Below, piece after piece: positions 58,326 through 64,000 of a DNA stretch of 64,000 bases; the stretch's first letter is position 1, and every line of letters starts with the position of its first letter. Under the pieces are notes generated by a model. It was given only the letters and a program-made list of their open reading frames with translations. It had not been told where the DNA came from and searched no databases. The position numbers and the translations under genes are program-made. The DNA is from an uncultured Actinomycetota bacterium (lineage in GTDB: Bacteria > Actinomycetota > Actinomycetes > Mycobacteriales > Mycobacteriaceae): NCBI GenBank assembly GCA_963750755.1, contig CAVVRW010000005.1, positions 72,605 through 136,604 of the forward strand. Reading direction: 5' to 3'.

Positions 58326-59522
58326 GTGACTGCTACGAGATCCGATCTGCCCGTCCTTCCGATGCGGCGTCCCGCACAATGCCCGCTGGCACCGCCCGTG
58401 GAGTTCGAGAGTTGGCGAGACGAGCCAGGCCTGCGCCGGGCGGTGTGGAACGGCGAATTGGTCTGGAGCATCAGCCGCTATCAGGACATCCGCGCCGCGC
58501 TGGTCGATCCACGCCTGTCCGCCGAAACGCTCCCGCAATTGGCCACGCCGTCGGAGGACGACAGCGCGCCGAAGGTGTTCGCACGCATCGACGATCCCGA
58601 GCACCACCGGCTGCGGCGAATGATGACCAGCCAGTTCACCTTTCGGCGTTGCGAAGCAATGCGGCCGCAGATCCAGGATCTCGTCGATCACTACCTGGAC
58701 GGGATGATCGCCGCCGGGCCGCCGGCCGACATCGTGCGCGACTTCGGACTGCCAGTGCCGTCGATGGTCATCGCCTTGCTGCTCGGTGTCCCGCCAGAGG
58801 ACCTCGAACTCTTCCAGCACAACACCAGCGCCGGCTTGGACGTCAATTCCACCGAAGAGCAACGCATCCAAGGTTTCGGCGAGATGTACGTCTACATCCA
58901 GCAGCTGGTGGCGCGGAAGGAAGGTAATCCCGGCGACGATCTGATCAGCCGACTGCTCAGCGAGTACGTTGCGACCGGTCAGCTCACCCGCGACACGGTC
59001 GCGGTCAACGCGGTGATCATGATGCAGGCCGGCCACGAAACCACCGCCAATATGATCTCGCTGGGAACCGTTGCACTGCTGGAAAATCCAGAGACCTTCG
59101 CGCTACTCGGCCAGACCGACGACGCCGCCGTTATCGCGCACGCCGTCGAGGAGTTGATGCGATATCTCTCCATCGTGCATGCCCAGGTCGACCGAATCGC
59201 ACTTGAAGACCTGACCATCGGCGGCCAGCTGATTCACGCCGGGGAACGGGTGTTGATGAACCTGCCCGCGGGCAACTGGGACGCCGAGTTCGCTGCCGAC
59301 CCTGAAAAGCTTGATATCGAGCGAAATGCCCGCGGCCATCTCGCTTTCGGTTACGGCACGCACCAGTGCATCGGAGCCAACCTCGCGAGAGTCGAAATGC
59401 AGGTCGCGTTTTCCACGTTGGCGCGTCGGCTCCCCGGGCTGCGACTGGCGGTCCCGGCCAACGAGCTGAGGTACAAGGACGCCGACATCTACGGCATGAA
59501 AGAGCTGCCGGTTACCTGGTGA
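58326..59522 (+). CDS. Cytochrome P450
   Basis: 398 aa. AGHETT, EELMRY and the heme-Cys loop FGYGTHQCIGANLAR. Confidence 0.93.
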   Translation: MTATRSDLPVLPMRRPAQCPLAPPVEFESWRDEPGLRRAVWNGELVWSISRYQDIRAALVDPRLSAETLPQLATPSEDDSAPKVFARIDDPEHHRLRRMMTSQFTFRRCEAMRPQIQDLVDHYLDGMIAAGPPADIVRDFGLPVPSMVIALLLGVPPEDLELFQHNTSAGLDVNSTEEQRIQGFGEMYVYIQQLVARKEGNPGDDLISRLLSEYVATGQLTRDTVAVNAVIMMQAGHETTANMISLGTVALLENPETFALLGQTDDAAVIAHAVEELMRYLSIVHAQVDRIALEDLTIGGQLIHAGERVLMNLPAGNWDAEFAADPEKLDIERNARGHLAFGYGTHQCIGANLARVEMQVAFSTLARRLPGLRLAVPANELRYKDADIYGMKELPVTW

Positions 59523-59530
59523 GCAACGAT

Positions 59531-60487
59531 ATGCGGTTCGACGATCAGGTCGCTGTCGTCACCGGCGCCGGTGGCGGACTGGGCAGGCAGTATGCGTTGC
59601 TGCTGGCATCGCGCGGCGCGCGGGTCGTCGTCAACGACACCGGCGGCTCGGTGACCGGTTCGGGCTCGGACAGCGACGCGGCCTCCGCTGCCGCCGAAGA
59701 GATCCGCAGTCAGGGCGGTGCGGCGATCGCCGACACCCACAGCGTGGCTACACCCGAAGGTGGCCAGGCCATCATCGAGACCGCCCGCGACGCGTGGGGC
59801 CGGGTGGACATCCTGATCAACAACGCGGGCATCGTGCGCGATGCGACATTTGAGGACATGACCGCCGACCGACTCGATCCGCTGCTCGACGTCCATCTCA
59901 AGGGCGCGTTCCATGTGACCGGCCCCGCGTGGAAGCTGATGCGCGATCAGCGTTATGGACGAATCTTGCACACCTGCTCGGCGGCAGGACTGCTCGGCGC
60001 CGAGCGGATGAGCAACTACGCCGCAGCCAAGGCGGGTCTGGTCGGGCTCACCAGAGTCCTCGCCGCCGAGGGCGCCGACCGCGATATCAAGGTCAACGCG
60101 ATCGCCCCGATCGCCCACACCAGGATGCTTGCTCAGTCGCTGGAGGAAGCCGGGCCACCAGATGATCCGGCAGCCCAGGCCGTCCTAAATGACCTTGTGG
60201 CGCAATATCTTCAGAAGCTCGACCCAGCGCTTGTCGCGCCGGTGGCGGCGTTCCTGACGCATCGCGACTGCCCGGTCACCGGCGAGATCTACACCGTCGG
60301 CGCCGGACACGTGGCACGGTTCTTCATCGGTAGGACCAAAGGCTTCTACAGCCCCGGCCTGTCGGTCGAGCAGGTGCGCGATCATCTTGACGAAATCCGC
60401 GACGAGACCGGCTATTCGGTACCAGGTGGGCCCGGCGACGAGATGGCCGAACTGTTCGCCACGATCATGGCGAATCAGACCCGTTGA
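59531..60487 (+). CDS. SDR-family oxidoreductase (hydroxyacyl-CoA / hydroxysteroid dehydrogenase-like)
   Basis: MRFDDQVAVVTGAGGGLGRQYAL ..., NNAGI, YAAAK. The start lies 8 nt after the P450 stop. The track ORF is over-extended upstream. Confidence 0.85.
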   Translation: MRFDDQVAVVTGAGGGLGRQYALLLASRGARVVVNDTGGSVTGSGSDSDAASAAAEEIRSQGGAAIADTHSVATPEGGQAIIETARDAWGRVDILINNAGIVRDATFEDMTADRLDPLLDVHLKGAFHVTGPAWKLMRDQRYGRILHTCSAAGLLGAERMSNYAAAKAGLVGLTRVLAAEGADRDIKVNAIAPIAHTRMLAQSLEEAGPPDDPAAQAVLNDLVAQYLQKLDPALVAPVAAFLTHRDCPVTGEIYTVGAGHVARFFIGRTKGFYSPGLSVEQVRDHLDEIRDETGYSVPGGPGDEMAELFATIMANQTR

Positions 60488-60490
60488 GGG

Positions 60491-61207
60491 CTACAGGTGG
60501 CTGGCGGCGAAGTCCGCTGCCTGCTGCGTCATTCCGTTCGCGGGATAGGAGGCATGCGCGAAACTCGGCAGGCCGCCCGGATCACCGTTGCAGATCGTGT
60601 CGCCGTCGGCGCACAGGTCGTCGGTTTTCGGCGCGTACAGCGGACCGATGGTCACCACCGGGGCGCCGTAATTCTGCAGCCACTGTGCCGAGGGCTTGCC
60701 GAACAACGTCACAGCGGCCACGTGATTGGCGACCTCCGGCGGCATGGGCTTGGGCAGGAAGGACACGTATTCCGCCGGGATCCCCGCCGGGACCGACGCC
60801 GAGGTGGTGAACCCTGCCACCGCCGCGCCCTGGGAGTAGCCGCCCAGCACGATGCGGGTCTGGGGGCAGTTCGCCGCGGTGGCCTCGATGTGGTGGCTGG
60901 CGTCGGTGATTCCGTCGACGACGCTGCGGGCGAATTCGATGCGGTCATTGAAGTTGCTGCTGGCTTCGTAGTTGACCGGGTACACATCGAGCGATTTGGG
61001 CGCGATCGCGGTGCGCAACTCCTCCACGAATGGCTCTCCGATGCCACCGACACCCGTCGGCTCTCCGGTCCCGCGCGCGAAAACCGCTTCGACGTCGGGA
61101 CACGGCTGGGCGGCAGCGGTCGGGATGGGCGCGATCAGCAGGCCGCCGACGAGGACGGCTGCTGCGGACAGGGTAGGGCCAAGGAAACTCTGGGGCATGG
61201 TGCTCAT
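60491..61207 (-). CDS. Cutinase-family secreted serine esterase
   Basis: The start is MSTMPQSF or MPQSF (61207 or 61198). Signal peptide, then CPDVEAVFARGTGEP and GYSQGA. Confidence 0.88.
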   Translation of the reverse strand: MSTMPQSFLGPTLSAAAVLVGGLLIAPIPTAAAQPCPDVEAVFARGTGEPTGVGGIGEPFVEELRTAIAPKSLDVYPVNYEASSNFNDRIEFARSVVDGITDASHHIEATAANCPQTRIVLGGYSQGAAVAGFTTSASVPAGIPAEYVSFLPKPMPPEVANHVAAVTLFGKPSAQWLQNYGAPVVTIGPLYAPKTDDLCADGDTICNGDPGGLPSFAHASYPANGMTQQAADFAASHL

Positions 61208-61256
61208 TCTGGCGTAAAGAACGGCGACGTGCCGCAGAAAGCGTTTGAACAGCGCC

Positions 61257-61640
61257 TTAGGAGGCGTCGTCGGGACGGTCGAGCACGCTGACCGCGATCC
61301 CGTAGGGCAGGAACCGGACTTTGCGGGCCGGGTCGGTGCTGTTCTGGTTTGCGCGCAGGGCGTCGAGCTCGGTGGCGTACACCTCTTCGACACGCGCGAC
61401 ACCGTCGGTGCTGACCGTGTAGATCGCCCACACCCCGTCGCCGGCTTCGCCGGCGGTCTCGGGCCGCGTCCGTGGGCGGCGCGTCAAGTCTTCGAAGACC
61501 GACGACCACCCCGCCCGCTCGCCGGGGAACGTGAGGAACCTGCCGACACCCTCGAAGACCTCGCGGAGACCCTCGGTCGCGTCCCGGAGAATGTGCTCGA
61601 AATCTTCCGGCTCGAATCCGAACCGACCGTTGTCATCCAT
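61257..61640 (-). CDS. Conserved hypothetical acidic protein
   Basis: The start MDDNGRFGFEPEDFEHIL is preferred. About 127 aa. It lies immediately downstream of the Hsp70-like gene. Confidence 0.55.
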   Translation of the reverse strand: MDDNGRFGFEPEDFEHILRDATEGLREVFEGVGRFLTFPGERAGWSSVFEDLTRRPRTRPETAGEAGDGVWAIYTVSTDGVARVEEVYATELDALRANQNSTDPARKVRFLPYGIAVSVLDRPDDAS

Positions 61641-61708
61641 TGCGGCCTCCTGGCTGCTCACGCACGAATACACCCAGTGTGCGCATTTCGGCCGGCTCGC
61701 GCCATGCC

Positions 61709-63745
61709 CTAATAGCCGTAGCCAGGGCCGGCGTAAGGGTTCTGCGGCATGTACGGGCTCTGCTGGTAGGGATTCTGCTGGTAGGGGCTCTGCTGATACG
61801 GATTCTGGTAGGAGTTCTGCGGCTGCTGCTGGCTCGCCCCACCCTGGCCTTCGGGAACCTGCACCGGGATCGGCACCGGCACGAACGGCAGATTCAGGTA
61901 CGTCGTCGTCATCGCCGGCGCCGTCGAGGTGCTCGCCGGTGGGGGTGGAGGCGGCGTCGTGCTCGGGGTGGTGCTAGTCGCCTGCGGGGTGGTGGTGGTC
62001 GTCGGCTGCGGCACGGTCGTGGTGGCCTGCGCCGTGGTGCGCGGCGGCGCGTAGGTCTGCACGGGCGCCGGAGCCGGTGCGGGCGCGGGAGGAGGCGGGG
62101 GCACCTCGCTGGTCGGTGGAGGAGGCGGGGGCACCTCGCTGCTGGGCGGCGGAGGCGGCGGGACGGGGCTCGAGGACGGCAACTGGGAACTTGCCGGAGG
62201 CGGTGGCGGCGCCGGAGTGCTGCTGCTGGGCAGCGTTGGTGCGCGATTGCTGCTGGTCAACGTGAAGGCGACACCGCCGATCGCGACCATCGACACCAGT
62301 GCGGCCAGCCCCAGGAACAGCTGAGGCAGCCGCGTTCCGCGCCGCCGAACCGGGTCGATCGGGGTGACTCTCGGCAGCTGCATCAGCTGCGACGGAGTCG
62401 CGCGGTCGTCGATGGCGTACGGCTCACCGGTGTAGACGACCGGCTCGTCGTCGGAGTCGTCGGCCTGCGACCAGGCCAGCTCGGTCAGGCGCTCCGAGGG
62501 GTCATCGAAAAGCGCGCCGGCGGTGGGAATGTCGAACGTGCCGGTCGAAGCGGTGAACGCGCCGGTGGAGGTTCCCATTTCGTCGGTCGGCGAGCCGAAT
62601 CGCCCGGTGGTGGCCAGACCGCCGGTCGAGGTCGCGAAACTGCCGGTAGAGGCTCCCACCAGCGCCGCCATCGTGGTCTCTTCGCGTCCCCCGGCCCGCT
62701 GCGCAATGGGCTGGCGGGCCGAGAGCTTCACGGCCCCGACGGCCGTCGCGAGCGCCGGCTGAGTGGCGGTGATCACCGACGACTTGGTGTGCATCGAAAG
62801 ACGCTGGGCGACAAGAGGAATCTTGGCCGTACCGCCGGCCATCGCCACGGCTGCGAGATCCTTACCGCGAATCCTGTTGCGGCGCAACATGTCGTCGAAG
62901 GCGGCGAACAGATCGTCGAGCCGGCCGTCGATCAGACCGTCGAGTTCAGCCCGGCTGACCTCGAGTCGGTTGCGCTGACCGGGCAGGTCGAGGGCCAGTT
63001 CGGTCGTCTTCTCGCTGGAAAGCCGCTCCTTGGCGAGTTGGCATTCCTGGCGCAGCCCGGCGAATTGCGCGACGACGGCGGTGCTGGCCGGGTCAACGCC
63101 GTCGCCCTGTCCGGCATTGTCCAGCGCGTGCAGCATCAGCGCCTGATCAACCAGGTCACCGGAGAAGTCGTCAAAACGCAGAGTGTCGGTGATCGGGGTG
63201 AAGTCCGATGCGGCGTCCGCCAGGGTGATGCTGGTGCCGCTGCCGCCGAAATCAAGCAGCGCGACAATGCCCTTGGCGGGCAACCGGGAATCGGCGTTCA
63301 GCGCGGTCAGCGCGGCAACCGAATCGGGCACCAGCCGCGGCGACATGCCGCCGTGGACGAAGTCGCCGTGGGTATTCAACGCGGCCTGCACGCCCCGCAG
63401 GGCTTCCGGGCCCCAGTGCGCCGGAACGGCCATCGTGATGTTCGAGGTCGCGGCTTCCCCGCCGGCCTCGTTGATCAGCGCGTCCAGTGCCTCGACCAGT
63501 AACAGTGACGGGTCGTGGCTCGACCCGTCACTGGATTTCAATGGTTTCGACCGGCCGACCCGCTCGACGAATCCCGTCATGAGCGTGCCGGTGCCGTCAA
63601 TGTCCGAATCATCCTCGGGTATACCAAGTTCCGGCGCACGGTCTGGGAAAAGAGTCAGCACCGCGCGACGCGAGACGGGTGGTTTACCGTTGCGGACCGC
63701 GACTAAGTTTGTGGTCCCGATCGATAACCCCAACGGGTCATACAT
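61709..63745 (-). CDS. Membrane-anchored Hsp70/actin-like ATPase-fold protein with a Pro/Thr-rich linker and Gln/Tyr/Pro-rich tail (possibly Rv0312-like)
   Basis: 678 aa. LGLSIGTTNLVAV, LLDFGGSGTSITLAD and MAGGTAKIPLV resemble the Hsp70 phosphate-1, phosphate-2 and adenosine motifs. The TM segment reads LFLGLAALVSMVAIGGVAFTL. The tail reads QNPYQQSPYQQNPYQQSPY. Confidence 0.75.
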   Translation of the reverse strand: MYDPLGLSIGTTNLVAVRNGKPPVSRRAVLTLFPDRAPELGIPEDDSDIDGTGTLMTGFVERVGRSKPLKSSDGSSHDPSLLLVEALDALINEAGGEAATSNITMAVPAHWGPEALRGVQAALNTHGDFVHGGMSPRLVPDSVAALTALNADSRLPAKGIVALLDFGGSGTSITLADAASDFTPITDTLRFDDFSGDLVDQALMLHALDNAGQGDGVDPASTAVVAQFAGLRQECQLAKERLSSEKTTELALDLPGQRNRLEVSRAELDGLIDGRLDDLFAAFDDMLRRNRIRGKDLAAVAMAGGTAKIPLVAQRLSMHTKSSVITATQPALATAVGAVKLSARQPIAQRAGGREETTMAALVGASTGSFATSTGGLATTGRFGSPTDEMGTSTGAFTASTGTFDIPTAGALFDDPSERLTELAWSQADDSDDEPVVYTGEPYAIDDRATPSQLMQLPRVTPIDPVRRRGTRLPQLFLGLAALVSMVAIGGVAFTLTSSNRAPTLPSSSTPAPPPPPASSQLPSSSPVPPPPPPSSEVPPPPPPTSEVPPPPPAPAPAPAPVQTYAPPRTTAQATTTVPQPTTTTTPQATSTTPSTTPPPPPPASTSTAPAMTTTYLNLPFVPVPIPVQVPEGQGGASQQQPQNSYQNPYQQSPYQQNPYQQSPYMPQNPYAGPGYGY

Positions 63746-63898
63746 AACTCACATACTTTCGTCGACAGCGTTCGGTGGCCAGCGTCAACGATAACGGCGG
63801 GTCGCGCTATGACGATCGGGCACAACATCATCGGTATCCGGTCGATGCGGTTGCGTCACCTAAGTGATACAGCCTCCGGCTTGACAGAACGGCCCGGA

Positions 63899-64000
63899 TC
63901 AGACCACGGTCAAGGGCAGCGATCGACGCGGCTGGAATTCGAACGTTGCGCCGCCGCTGACTTTGGCGACGGCTACCTCCGGTAGCTCCTTTGCCGCAGA
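63899..64000 (-). CDS. C-terminal 33 codons of an unidentified gene running off the right edge
   Basis: Reverse translation reads ..SAAKELPEVAVAKVSGGATFEFQPRRSLPLTVV*. GC3 is high. It is too short to classify. Confidence 0.35.
   Translation of the reverse strand, partial: SAAKELPEVAVAKVSGGATFEFQPRRSLPLTVV

Overview
High-GC (roughly two-thirds G+C) mycobacterial chromosomal segment; the species cannot be named from sequence alone. The core content is the HspR heat-shock regulon: clpB and hspR-dnaJ-grpE-dnaK, both with HAIR operators and SigH-type promoters. Other core genes are ansP, an Rv0338c-like Fe-S reductase, an AspC/AlaA-type aminotransferase, one PPE gene, rmlA, udgA, dcd and tRNA-Gly(CCC). 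There are also many metabolic and regulatory genes: ArsR, LysR, four TetR, a P450, SDRs, a thiolase/OB-fold pair, an L,D-transpeptidase, a cutinase and an FNT channel. Unusual content: (1) At 10.0-16.5 kb a conserved 21-bp box occurs three times, each between a minus-strand gene for an exported or odd protein and a decayed, deleted or absent LuxR-type regulator. One of these minus-strand units is a 79-aa protein plus a 569-aa protein with seven propeller-like repeats. (2) Three tandem paralogs between udgA and dcd encode membrane-anchored, degenerate Hsp70/actin-like proteins with Pro-rich linkers and Gly/His/Trp tails. A fourth, less degenerate relative lies at 61.7-63.7 kb. (3) Three tandem small single-pass proteins carry His-rich C-termini, next to twin GTTAC-N6-GTAAC palindromes. 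(4) A 3.9-kb insertion at tRNA-Gly is bounded by 43-bp direct repeats and carries a decayed IS481-like transposase and a GGDEF-EAL protein; a degenerate tRNA-like chimera lies nearby. (5) There are six apparent frameshifts in four genes, including the normally essential grpE, so either assembly indels or real gene decay must be considered. I found no rRNA and no CRISPR array. All family names and Rv-number synteny come from my memory of protein families, not from searches.
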